This document shows, in pieces, positions 45,313 through 54,845 of a stretch of DNA of 64,000 nucleotides. Origin of the DNA: an uncultured Planctomycetota bacterium (GTDB lineage Bacteria > Planctomycetota > Planctomycetia > Isosphaerales > Isosphaeraceae); the NCBI GenBank assembly GCA_963737655.1, contig CAVTTN010000002.1:6368001-6432000 (forward strand), given 5' to 3'. How positions within the stretch are numbered: the first letter of the stretch is position 1; each line of letters starts with the position of its first letter. Position numbers and translations under genes: made by a program. The notes beneath the pieces were generated by a model. It had not been told where the DNA came from and searched no databases. It was given only the letters and a program-made list of their open reading frames with translations.

Positions 45313-45451
45313 GGGGGAGGCGGCGGTCGCGAAGGCCGGGCGACCCATCCTGGGCCGCGAACCGCCTCGTCTAGCGGCAAGTCCGGCCCGTCATGGTAAA
45401 CTCGCCCTTCCGATGCTCCCCGACCCTGCCGACCGACCGGGACGCGACCTC

Positions 45452-46822
45452 ATGGCCATCGACCGCGTGGATGCCTACCTCGACGAGCACCGATCGGCGT
45501 TCGAGGAGACCCTGAAACGCCTCCTGCGAATCCCCAGCGTCTCGGCCCAGCCCGCCCACGACGCCGACACCCGCCTCGCCGCCGAGTTCGTCCGCGACGA
45601 CCTCCGCGCCTCGGGCATCCCGGCCGAGTTGATCGAATTTCCCAAGGGCCACCCGATCGTGTACGGAGAACGGCTCGACGCCCCGGGCCAGCCCACCTTG
45701 CTCGTCTACGGGCATTACGACGTCCAGCCCCCCGAGCCGATGGAACCGTGGCTCTCCCCTCCGTTCGAGCCGACCGAGAGGGATGGCAACCTCTACGCCC
45801 GGGGCGCCACCGACGACAAGGGTCAGATGCTCACCCACCTGAAGGCCGCCGAGGCGTGGCTGAAGACCTCGGGCAAGCTGCCGATCAACGTCAAGTTCCT
45901 GATCGAGGGCGAGGAGGAGGTCGGCGGCGCGAACCTCGAAGCCTTCGTGAAGCAAAATCGCGAGAAGCTCGCGTGCGACTATGCCGTGATCTCCGACACC
46001 AGCCAGTTCGCCCCCGGAATGCCGGCGATCACCTATGGCCTGAAGGGCCTGGCGTATTTCGAGATCACGGTGAACGGAGCGAAGTCGGACCTCCATTCCG
46101 GGACGTTCGGCGGGGCGGTCGCGAACCCGTTGAACGCCCTGGCGGTCATCCTGGCGAGCCTCAAAGGGCCCGACGGCCGCATCTCGATCCCCGGGTTCTA
46201 CGACGACGTCCGCCCCCTGGAAGCCTGGGAGCGCGAGGCGTTCGCGAAACTGCCTTTTTCCGAAGGTCAATTCCGGGAATCGCTCGGCGTGCGGTCGCTC
46301 GAAGGGGAATCCGGCTACTCGACCCTCGAACGGAAGTGGGCCAGGCCGACGTGCGACGTGAACGGGATTTATGGAGGCTATCAGGGCCCCGGGCCCAAGA
46401 CCGTGCTGCCCCGGACGGCCGGCGCCAAGTTCAGCTTCCGGCTCGTGCCGGACCAGGACGCCCGCAAGATCGCCGCGCTCTTGAAGGCCCATCTCGACGC
46501 GGTCTGCCCGCCGGGGGTGACCTATGAACTGATCACCTACAGCGGAGGGAACGCCTGCCTCGTGGCGATCGACACCCCCGGCGTGAAGGCCGCCGAGAGG
46601 GCCATCGAGGCCGGGTTCGGCACGAAACCCGTCTTCATGAGGGAGGGCGGGTCGATCCCGGTCGTCACCCTGATCAAGAACGAGCTGGGCGTCGATACAC
46701 TACTCCTCGGCTGGGGCCAGAACGACGACAACCTCCACGGCCCGAACGAGAAATTCTCGCTCGGGGACTTCCACAAGGGCATCAAGGCCAGCGCCCACCT
46801 GATGGCCGAGCTGGCGAAGTAA
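45452..46822 (+). CDS. M20 family dipeptidase
   Basis: YGHYDVQP, ARGATDDKGQ, EGEEE, DLHSG, GGSIP, HGPNE. Confidence 0.93.
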   Translation: MAIDRVDAYLDEHRSAFEETLKRLLRIPSVSAQPAHDADTRLAAEFVRDDLRASGIPAELIEFPKGHPIVYGERLDAPGQPTLLVYGHYDVQPPEPMEPWLSPPFEPTERDGNLYARGATDDKGQMLTHLKAAEAWLKTSGKLPINVKFLIEGEEEVGGANLEAFVKQNREKLACDYAVISDTSQFAPGMPAITYGLKGLAYFEITVNGAKSDLHSGTFGGAVANPLNALAVILASLKGPDGRISIPGFYDDVRPLEAWEREAFAKLPFSEGQFRESLGVRSLEGESGYSTLERKWARPTCDVNGIYGGYQGPGPKTVLPRTAGAKFSFRLVPDQDARKIAALLKAHLDAVCPPGVTYELITYSGGNACLVAIDTPGVKAAERAIEAGFGTKPVFMREGGSIPVVTLIKNELGVDTLLLGWGQNDDNLHGPNEKFSLGDFHKGIKASAHLMAELAK

Positions 46823-46847
46823 GGATCGATTCCAGGGGGACCGACCG

Positions 46848-47532
46848 ATGGCGACCGTCGTGGAGGCAGAAGCATCGCGAGGCACCGCGAAAGGGAGGGA
46901 GGCCGCCCGCCCCTTCGTCGCTCGCGATGTCTCCTGGCAAACGTTCGAGGCGATGGACCGCGACCCCGGCTTCTGCCGGGTCCGGATCACCTATGATCGG
47001 GGAGTGCTGGTCCTCATGAGCCCGTCGCCGCTCCACGATCGCTACAAGAAGCTCTTCGGGAGGCTGATCGAAGACGTCCTCGTCGGCCTCCGCATGCCGT
47101 TCGAGGCCGCGGGCGAGTCGCGATGGAAGAAGGAGGCGGAGCGGAGGGGCCTGGAGGCCGACGAGTCCTATTTCCTGGGCCCGGAGAAGCTCGCCATCGT
47201 CGCCGGGAGGGCGGCCGACCGCCCGGGCGACCCGTTTCCCGACCTGGCCGTCGAGATCGACCTCTCCGACCCGGCCGTCGACCGGATGGACATCTACGCG
47301 GCGCTGGGCGTCCCGGAGGTCTGGCGGTTCGACGGCGAGGCCGTCCAGTTCCTGGGATTGCGGGCCGAGGGGACCTATGAACCGCGCCGAGAGCCGGTTC
47401 CTCCCGGTCCGACCCGAGGAAGTCGCCGGATGGATCGCCCGGGCGGCTGGCCTGGACCTCCTCTCCTGGATCGACCTCGTGCAGCGATGGGTCCGGGATG
47501 AACTCGTCCCCCGACGACGGCCGGCGCCTTAA
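46848..47532 (+). CDS. Uma2 family (DUF820) endonuclease, frameshifted near 47385
   Basis: VSWQTFE, RITYDRG.L..MSPS..H, EADESY, PDLAVEID, YAALGVPEVWRFDG; shifted frame gives a typical tail ESRFLPVRPEEVAGW...WVRDEL to TAA 47532. Confidence 0.85.
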
Positions 47533-47554
47533 AATAAGAAAGGTCGAGAACCTC

Positions 47555-47938
47555 ATGGAAACCCTGACGCCCATCGAACGCCTGGTGCTCGAAGAGACGA
47601 GCCGGGGGCCGGAGACCCTGGAGCAGATCCGCGACCACCTCCGCCTCCCCCTTGCCGAGGCCGCCGACGCGGTCCGCTCGCTGGTGGACCGGGGGATGGT
47701 CTCGCCGCGAACGAAGGGCGAGGACGTCCCCCAGGACCTCAGCCGGATCTGGAAAGCCGCGTTCGAGCCAACCTCGAAGGGCCGGGATGCTCTGGCCGAG
47801 GTCCTGCCGGAACCGTCGCCCCGGGCGCGGATCTCCGCCGGGATGTTCGCCGGGCTGATCCCGCCGATCACCGCCGAGGAGATGGACGAGGCCCGCCGCG
47901 AGATGTGGGGCGGCTGGATGACGGGGGCCCGCGGATGA
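47555..47938 (+). CDS. Putative antitoxin: wHTH-like N-terminus with an antitoxin-like tail
   Basis: TLEQIRDHLRLPLAEAADAVRSLVDRGMV HTH-like; tail GMFAGL...ITAEEMDEARREMWG; ATGA overlap with the PIN gene. Confidence 0.6.
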   Translation: METLTPIERLVLEETSRGPETLEQIRDHLRLPLAEAADAVRSLVDRGMVSPRTKGEDVPQDLSRIWKAAFEPTSKGRDALAEVLPEPSPRARISAGMFAGLIPPITAEEMDEARREMWGGWMTGARG

Positions 47939-48165
47939 CGGGCCTCGTCTCCGACACCCACGCCGCCATCTGGTTCCTCGCCGGCCTGCCCGGGCTCTCG
48001 GCCGCCGCGAAGGACGCCATGAACGCGGCCCTCGGATCGGGAGGGGCGATCGTCCTTTCGACCATGCCCGACCGGATCATCGCGGCGACGGCCCTCCTCG
48101 TGAACTTGCCCCTCGTCTCCCGGGACCGGAAGATCCGGGCGTCGGCCCTCCGACCGATCTGGTAG
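47935..48165 (+). pseudogene. VapC/PIN toxin with internal in-frame deletion (76 aa)
   Basis: N-terminal VSDTHAAIWF and C-terminal MPDRIIAATAL...LVSRDRKIR are present; the central segment with the conserved Glu is absent. Confidence 0.7.
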
Positions 48166-48201
48166 TCCTCGACCCGTACCGCCTTGCCCGAGGGATCTCT
48201 C

Positions 48202-49494
48202 ATGCTGGACCTGAAATACGTCCTGGACCACCTGGACGACGTGAAGCGGAACTGTGTCGAGAGGAACGTGCCGGCCGAGATCGTGGCGCAGGTCGATTCC
48301 CTGTCGGCCGACGGCGAACGGCGAAGGTCCGTCCTCGGCCGGGTCGAAGAGATCCGCCGGAGGCAGAACGAGGTGGCCCAGGCCACCGGCAAGGAGAAAG
48401 ACCCCGAGCGCCGCAAGGAACTCGTCGAGGAAGGCAAGAGGCTCAAGGGAGAGGTCGGCCACGCCGAGGAATCGCTCCGAGAGCTCGAAACGGCCCTGAC
48501 GGCGAAGCTGGCGAGGATCCCCAACCTCACCCATCCGGACGCCCCCCGCGGCCGGACCGAGGACGCCAACGCCACCATCAAGACCTGGGGCGAACCCCGC
48601 AAATTCGACTTCCCGGCCAGGGACCACGTCGAGATCGGCAAGGCTCTGGACCTGATCGACTTCGAGAGCGGAGGGAAGGTCTCGGGCCAGGGGTTCTACT
48701 TCCTGAAGAACGAGGGGGCGCTGCTGGACCTCGCCTTGCAGCAGTTCGCCATCCACAAGCTCGTGGCCGAGGGGTTCACGCCGGTCGTCACGCCCGACCT
48801 GGCCCGGAACTCGATCCTCGAAGGGATCGGCTTCACCCCGAGGGGCCACGAGACGCAGATCTATTCCGTGGAGAATACCGATTTGAGCCTCGTGGGGACC
48901 GCGGAGATCACCCTGGGCGGCATGCATGCCGATGAGATTTTGGACGCCTCCCGCCTGCCGATGAAGTACGTGGGCCTCTCGCACTGCTTCCGCACCGAGG
49001 CCGGCGCGGCGGGCCGGGCGAGCAAGGGGTTGTATCGGGTCCACCAGTTTACGAAGGTGGAGATGTTCGCGTTCACCGAGGGGTCGCTCGAAGTCTCCGG
49101 CGCGATGCACCGGGAACTCCTCCGGATCGAGGAGGAGATCTTCCAGGCGCTGGCCCTGCCCTATCGCGTCCTGGATATCTGCTCCGGGGACCTGGGCGGC
49201 CCGGCCTACCGCAAGTTCGACATCGAGGCGTGGATGCCGGGGCGAGGCGAGGCGGGCGAGTACGGCGAGGTCACGAGCACCTCGGATTGCACCGATTATC
49301 AGGCCCGCCGATTGAACATCCGTTACAAGCCGCCCGGCCAGAAGGGAACGAAGTTCGTCCATACGCTCAACGGTACGGCCGTCGCGATCAGCCGGGCCTT
49401 GCTCGCGGTCCTGGAGAATTATCAGAGGGCCGACGGCAAGGTGGACGTCCCGGAGGTCCTTCAGCCGTGGATGGGCAAGGCGATTATCGGATAG
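48202..49494 (+). CDS. serS: Serine--tRNA ligase
   Basis: MLDLKYV, IPNLTHP, GTAE, CFRTEAG, RVHQFTKVE, FDIEAW, HTLNGT. Confidence 0.97.
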   Translation: MLDLKYVLDHLDDVKRNCVERNVPAEIVAQVDSLSADGERRRSVLGRVEEIRRRQNEVAQATGKEKDPERRKELVEEGKRLKGEVGHAEESLRELETALTAKLARIPNLTHPDAPRGRTEDANATIKTWGEPRKFDFPARDHVEIGKALDLIDFESGGKVSGQGFYFLKNEGALLDLALQQFAIHKLVAEGFTPVVTPDLARNSILEGIGFTPRGHETQIYSVENTDLSLVGTAEITLGGMHADEILDASRLPMKYVGLSHCFRTEAGAAGRASKGLYRVHQFTKVEMFAFTEGSLEVSGAMHRELLRIEEEIFQALALPYRVLDICSGDLGGPAYRKFDIEAWMPGRGEAGEYGEVTSTSDCTDYQARRLNIRYKPPGQKGTKFVHTLNGTAVAISRALLAVLENYQRADGKVDVPEVLQPWMGKAIIG

Positions 49495-49667
49495 TGGGCA
49501 GAAAGCAGTGGGCAGAAAGCAGTGGGCAGTGGGCAGTGGGCAGAACGTCGGTGTTTCCCCGCGTCACCGAAGACGAGACGTCGCCATTCGAATACTCTTC
49601 ACTGCCCACTGCCCACTGCCCACTGCCCACTGCCCACTGCCCACTGCCCACTGCCCACTGCCCACTG
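49494..49667. repeat. Inverted pair of heptamer tandem arrays
   Basis: 7 units GTGGGCA/GAAAGCA at 49494-49542; 57-nt spacer; 9 full units plus a partial CACTGCC at 49600-49667. Confidence 0.92.
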
Positions 49668-49682
49668 TTTCAATGAGGCGCC

Positions 49683-51062
49683 ATGATGCGAAATCCGCTG
49701 CTGGTGCCCGATCTTCGGGAGCTCCTCCAGGCCGGCGAGGCGCAGGCCGTCGGCGAGTTCCTGGCCGAATATCACCCGGCCCGGGTGGGCGAGCTCATCG
49801 AGGACCTCGGCGAGGGCGAGGGGGACGCCGTGTTCCGCTTGCTGGAGCCTCGCGCCCGGGCCGACGTGATGAGCTACCTCGAACCCGAGACCCAGGTCCG
49901 CCTGGTCGAGGCCATGCCGCCGACCGAGGCCGCCGACCTGTTGCACCTGATGTCCCACGACGAACGCGCCGACCTCGCCAACCGACTGGACGAGGACCGC
50001 GTCGACGAGATCCTCCGGCGGCTCGCCCACGCCGAGCGCGAGGACATCCGCCGATTGGCCAGCTACGAGCCCGGCACCGCCGGCGCCGTGATGACCACGG
50101 ACTACGCCACCCTGCCGCCCGATTTGACCGTCCGCGAGGCGCTCGATCGTCTTCGGCACGAGGCGCCCGATCGCGAGACGATCTATTACAGCTACGTCGT
50201 CGATTCGTCGCGGAGGCTCCGCGGATTGATCTCTCTGAAGAGGCTCCTGCTCTCCCGGCCCCGGACACGCATCGACGAGATCATGACCCGCGACCTCGTC
50301 GTCGCCCGGGTCGATGAGGATCAGGAGAGCGTCGCCAAGAAGATCGAGGAATACGACCTGATCGCCATCCCGGTCGTCGATGCCTCCGACATGCTCGTGG
50401 GGATCGTCACCCACGACGACGCGATGGACATCCTCCGCCGAGAGCAGACCGAGGACATCCTCAAGTTCGGCGGAGTGAGCGCCGACCCCGAGGCCGACGA
50501 GGCCCCGTACTGGCAGTCCGGCATCGTCGCGAGCGTCCGCCGTCGCATCTATTGGCTCTTATTGCTCTTCCTTGCGGAGAATTTCACGTATCCCGTCCTG
50601 AAATATTATCAATGGATCGAGGGGGACGACTACTTCCCGGCCCTCGGGCTGTTCCTGCCCCTGCTGCTCGGCACGGGCGGGAACGCCGGGAGCCAGTCCG
50701 TCGGGACGATCATCCGGGGGATCGCGTTGGGGGAGATCCACTCCCGAGACGTCCTCCGGGTCGTCGGCCGGGAGGTCTTGACCGGGCTGCTCCTGGGTGT
50801 CGCCCTGGGAGGCGTGGCGTTCTTCTACGCGAGATTCTGGAGGGGGCAGCCCTGGGGGCTCGCCGGCGTGGTCGGCCTGACGATCCTCTGCGTCTGCGTG
50901 TGGGCGAACTTCATCGGCGCCCTCGTGCCGATCCTCGCCCGATGGGCCGGCAAGGACCCGGCCGTCATCTCCGCGCCCTTCATTTCCACCCTGGTGGATG
51001 CCACGGGATTGGTGATCTATTACTCGATCGCGATCTTCCTCCTCCTGAAACTCCACCTCTGA
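49683..51062 (+). CDS. mgtE: Magnesium transporter MgtE
   Basis: MgtE N-domain, CBS pair (TAGAVMT, YYSYVVD), [24 protein letters not shown]. Confidence 0.95.
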   Translation: MMRNPLLVPDLRELLQAGEAQAVGEFLAEYHPARVGELIEDLGEGEGDAVFRLLEPRARADVMSYLEPETQVRLVEAMPPTEAADLLHLMSHDERADLANRLDEDRVDEILRRLAHAEREDIRRLASYEPGTAGAVMTTDYATLPPDLTVREALDRLRHEAPDRETIYYSYVVDSSRRLRGLISLKRLLLSRPRTRIDEIMTRDLVVARVDEDQESVAKKIEEYDLIAIPVVDASDMLVGIVTHDDAMDILRREQTEDILKFGGVSADPEADEAPYWQSGIVASVRRRIYWLLLLFLAENFTYPVLKYYQWIEGDDYFPALGLFLPLLLGTGGNAGSQSVGTIIRGIALGEIHSRDVLRVVGREVLTGLLLGVALGGVAFFYARFWRGQPWGLAGVVGLTILCVCVWANFIGALVPILARWAGKDPAVISAPFISTLVDATGLVIYYSIAIFLLLKLHL

Positions 51063-51071
51063 GGCCCGAAC

Positions 51072-51811
51072 GTGCGGTTCGCCGAGATGACTGCCCCGGA
51101 AATCGGCCGGCTCGACCGGGAGACCACGCTCGTCGTGGCGCCAATCGCCGCGTGCGAGCAGCATTCTCGGCATTTGCCGGTGTTCACGGACTCGATCCTC
51201 GGCGGGGCGGTGGCCGACGGGCTGGACGCGGCCCTCCCCGGACGGATTTTGCTCCTGCCGGTGCTCTGGATCGGCGCCAGCGAGCACCACTTGCCGTTCG
51301 GCGGGACGCTCACGGCGACCTTGCCCACCTATGAAACGCTCCTGGTCGAGCTGCTCGCCCCTCTCCTGAGGAATGGCTTCCGCCGGGTCCTGATCCTGAA
51401 CGGCCACGGCGGCAACATCGACCCGTTGCGCGTGGCCCTCCGCCGGCTCGACGTGATGTTCCCGACGGCGACCCTCGCCGGGGCCGCCTACTGGGACCTC
51501 GCCGCCACCGAGATCGCCGATCTCTGCCGGGGCCCCGGAAGAGCATGGGGCACGCCTGCGAGATCGAGACGGCGATGATGATGCACCTCCGCCCGGACCT
51601 CGTCCGCGAGGACCGGATCGAGGACGACCCGTCGAAGACGCCCGAAGGTCTCGCCGGCCTGACCTGGCCCCGAGACTTCGCCCGATCCACCGATCACGGG
51701 GCGATCGGCCACCCCTCGTTCGCGAACCCCGAGACCGGCCGTCTCTTGCTTGAGGCGATCGTCGAGAAAGTGACCGAGGTGGCGGAACGGGTGTTGATCC
51801 TGGGTGGATGA
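51072..51811 (+). CDS. Creatininase family protein, frameshifted at the C-run 51533-51536
   Basis: EQHSRHLP..TD, GASEHH, NGHGGN; the second frame supplies GHACEIET...RPDLV...GAIG. Confidence 0.88.
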
Positions 51812-51829
51812 AATCGGCCCGACGAGGCC

Positions 51830-52912
51830 TCACGCCCCCCATCGGGGCCGGTCGGGGAACCAGCCGATGGCCTCGGAGTGCTTCCGGTAGAAGAGGCCGA
51901 GCACCCGGCAGACGACCATCGCCAGATAGAGCGTCGCGACCCAGAAGACCCAGGTGCCAAGGATCACCGCGGGGATACCGGGCAGGAGGAACAGGCCCAG
52001 GAACGCCACCGCCCCGACCACGGCCGAGGCCATCGCCAGGGCGATCACGCGAAAGGAATCGATCCCGGCCCTCGTGAGCGCCGAGAGGACCGTGGCCGGG
52101 TTCGCGGCGACGAAGCTCTCGTGGAGCGACACGCCGATCAGGGCGAGCTGGGCATAGGCCAGCCCCGGCGTGCTGAGCAACGCCATCACGGCCCAGTCCT
52201 TCGCCTGCAACTCCTGCCGGCCGGAGAGGTACAGCGCGATCAGAGGGGCCGACAGGAGCGTCCCGAACGCCCCGGCCCAGAGCCCTCGGAACAGGCTGGC
52301 CAGGACCGGCCCGGTCTGCCACGGGGGGACCCGGGGATGCTGGGTGTCGCCGAAGGCCGACGACCTCAGGCCCTCGGTGAGGAACAGCAAGACGTAACCT
52401 AGCGTCATCAGGAGGAATAACAGCATGGGAGCGGCCATCAGGAAGGCACCAAACCTCGTGACCTCGTCGTCGCCCAGGATGTAGGTCGGCACCAGGCCGA
52501 TCGACAGGAGCGACATCAGAGTGAGGGCCGGGGGCAGGCAGGCGAGCATGGTCACGCCGTTGCCGTCCCACAGGGGATAGGCGAAGCTCCCGGCCAGGGC
52601 CGTCTCCGGCGCCTTCGGGGCGCGGACGATCCCCTCCCGGCCGATCGGGGTCGTCTTTCGTCGCTTCCCGGGCTTGCGTGAAGGGTCGCCCAGCCGTTCC
52701 GGGAGCGGAGGCTCCTCGTCTTCGGGCGGTCGCCTCGGCCGGGGATCGGGGGGGGCCGGGGGAGGGTCCGGCTCGGGGCGAGGCGTCCCCTCGAACCGGA
52801 GGGTCTCGCCGCATTTGGGGCATCGGCCGACCCGTCCCGGCCGGGCGTTCGGGGCCCGAAGCCTCTCGCCGCACGAGCAGACCAGGATGGCGATCTCGGC
52901 GCCGTCGCTCAT
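51830..52912 (-). CDS. Membrane protein with N-terminal Zn-ribbon (DUF4013-like TM region)
   Basis: CSCG...GRCPKCG, Pro-rich linker, AYP motif, about 6 TM helices. Confidence 0.75.
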   Translation of the reverse strand: MSDGAEIAILVCSCGERLRAPNARPGRVGRCPKCGETLRFEGTPRPEPDPPPAPPDPRPRRPPEDEEPPLPERLGDPSRKPGKRRKTTPIGREGIVRAPKAPETALAGSFAYPLWDGNGVTMLACLPPALTLMSLLSIGLVPTYILGDDEVTRFGAFLMAAPMLLFLLMTLGYVLLFLTEGLRSSAFGDTQHPRVPPWQTGPVLASLFRGLWAGAFGTLLSAPLIALYLSGRQELQAKDWAVMALLSTPGLAYAQLALIGVSLHESFVAANPATVLSALTRAGIDSFRVIALAMASAVVGAVAFLGLFLLPGIPAVILGTWVFWVATLYLAMVVCRVLGLFYRKHSEAIGWFPDRPRWGA

Positions 52913-52931
52913 CGCCGCCTCGATGGCCCGA

Positions 52932-53363
52932 TCAGGAGCCGGCCGGGCCGCCGTCGGCCTTGCCCTTGCCCTTGCCGCCGTTCATCTCTTCCAGGAGGGC
53001 GCGGACTTCCTTCGCCTGCGAGGCGTCCAGCGGGTGCGACTTCAGCAGGTGGAGGACCAGCAAGCCCGGCTCCCCCTGGTACAGCTTCTCGACGAGGTGC
53101 CCGACCCTCTTGTGCCGGACCTCCGACTCGGTCGCGATCGGCTTGTAGACGAAGGCGAGCTCCGAGCGGTCGCTGGCGACCATCCCCTTGGACTCCAATC
53201 GGTCCAGGAGCGTGGCGACCGTGGCATAGGACCACGGCCGACCGGCCGCCTTGAGCGTCTCCAGGATCTCGCGGACGGTGCCCTGGCCCCGGTCCCAGAG
53301 CACCTTGATGACTTCCAGCTCGGAATCCGGGATGGTAGGGGGGCGCTTGGCCATTGCGGGCAT
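52932..53363 (-). CDS. BlaI/MecI/CopY family transcriptional repressor
   Basis: SELEVIKVLW..G..TVREI...WSYATVATLLDRLESKG...AFVY. Confidence 0.93.
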   Translation of the reverse strand: MPAMAKRPPTIPDSELEVIKVLWDRGQGTVREILETLKAAGRPWSYATVATLLDRLESKGMVASDRSELAFVYKPIATESEVRHKRVGHLVEKLYQGEPGLLVLHLLKSHPLDASQAKEVRALLEEMNGGKGKGKADGGPAGS

Positions 53364-53431
53364 CTCGACGAAGGAGGAAGGAATCCCGGCGGCCTCGGCG
53401 GAAGGCGGGGGCGGCGCGCGACGGTTGAGGC

Positions 53432-53504
53432 TTGACCGACCGTCGCGGCCGATGTATCCTAAGACAACTGTCTCACGCCGTCAACCCGGTTCCTGACAAT
53501 TGTC
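53432..53504. promoter_or_regulatory. Overlapping divergent sigma70 promoters with GACA-N2-TGTC operators
   Basis: +: TTGACC-N17-TATCCT (53432-53460). -: TTGACG-N17-TAGGAT (53484-53456). Palindromes AGACAACTGTCT 53462-53473 and GACAATTGTC 53495-53504. Confidence 0.7.
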
Positions 53505-53554
53505 CCGAGATTGTCGGAGAGTCGAGGTTCGGAGGGTCGCGGAGTCCGGCCGAG

Positions 53555-54805
53555 ATGGACGCGGTCCCCCGATCGGGCCGGTGGCGATGTCCGGCCTGCG
53601 GGACGGGACTGGACCCCGTCTCGGCTTCAACCTACGAGCAGAGGCTCGCCTGCCCCGGCTGCGGGGGGCAATTCCGGGTCCGCCGGAAGCAACGAGGCGG
53701 CTCGGATTCGTCGTTCACCGTCTCGGGAGAAGTCCCGGCGGCACGAACTCCGGCCACCGTCGGCGGCTTCGGCCTGGCCGCCCGAGGTCTGGCCCTGGGA
53801 CTGGTCCGCGGCGCGTATTCCGCCGGGAATCTCGCGGGCTCGGCCCTGGTTTTTGTCCTCGGAGGTTTCGTCCCCGTCGTGGGCGGCTGGCTCCGGGACG
53901 AGGTCTCCGACCGCCGATCGGCGTTCGCCTCGCTCGGCGGAGTGACGATCGCCGACCCGTCGAAAGACCCCGACGCGGACCTCGGCCCGGCGATCACCCG
54001 GACCGACGCCCCGGCCCTCTTCACCGAGGTCGCCGAGGTGGCGAAGAAGCTCGGAGCGAGGCCGCCCGACCAGGTCCGGCTGACCTATTTGCCTTGCTGC
54101 GGGGTCGTCGCCTGGGACCGATCGCGGGCCCTGATCCTGGGCCTGCCGTTGCTCCACGTCCTGGATCGTTCCGAACTCCGGGCGGTCCTGGCCCACGAGC
54201 TCGCCCACCTCGCCCGGGGGGACGCCACGCTCTCGGCCGATCGCTCGCGGTTCGTCCACGGACTGGGCCGGGCCCTGGACTCGGCCCCGCCCTCAAGAAG
54301 CCCTCTGAGGCTCTGGGCGAGGCTCTGCCGACGACTCTCCGAAACCCTCCACGCCCCGATCGCCCGGGGGATGGAGGCCAGGGCCGATCGGGCTTCGGGC
54401 TCGATCGCCGGAGGAGACGCGGCGGCCTCGGCCCTGGTGAAGGTGGCGGCGGTCCAGCCGTTATTCCGAGAGGTCCTGGACGGTTACGCCCCCGGAGGCC
54501 CCGAGACGCCGAATCTCTACGCCTTCTTCCGGGAGTTCTGGTCCAGGCTTCCCGAAGGGCTGCTCACGGCGATCCGCCACCAGCTCCTGACCGACGGCGA
54601 GGCCCCGACCGACCCGGCCCACCCCCCCTTGCTCGAACGGATCGCCCTGGTGCAGACCTACCCGATCAAGCCTGGAGGAGAGGCCGACCGGACCCCGGCG
54701 GCGGGATTGCTAGGCGACGTCGAGGCGATGGAGCGCATGCTCCACAATCGCCTTTTTGGAGTGGCGGCGGTGGAGCCCAGCGTATTCCACCGGGCGGGGT
54801 CGTAG
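53555..54805 (+). CDS. M48 family metalloprotease with N-terminal Zn-ribbon
   Basis: CPAC...CPGC; APALF; LILGLPLL; ELRAVLAHELAH; EARAD; HPPL.ERI. Confidence 0.85.
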   Translation: MDAVPRSGRWRCPACGTGLDPVSASTYEQRLACPGCGGQFRVRRKQRGGSDSSFTVSGEVPAARTPATVGGFGLAARGLALGLVRGAYSAGNLAGSALVFVLGGFVPVVGGWLRDEVSDRRSAFASLGGVTIADPSKDPDADLGPAITRTDAPALFTEVAEVAKKLGARPPDQVRLTYLPCCGVVAWDRSRALILGLPLLHVLDRSELRAVLAHELAHLARGDATLSADRSRFVHGLGRALDSAPPSRSPLRLWARLCRRLSETLHAPIARGMEARADRASGSIAGGDAAASALVKVAAVQPLFREVLDGYAPGGPETPNLYAFFREFWSRLPEGLLTAIRHQLLTDGEAPTDPAHPPLLERIALVQTYPIKPGGEADRTPAAGLLGDVEAMERMLHNRLFGVAAVEPSVFHRAGS

Positions 54806-54845
54806 CCCCGACCCGGATTTGCCCTCGCGGGGGAGGCGGCGCTCC

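Noticed and set aside
49508..50414. ORFs with PTAHCPL / QWAVGSG repeats
   Set aside because: Translations of the non-coding heptamer arrays, overlapping mgtE.
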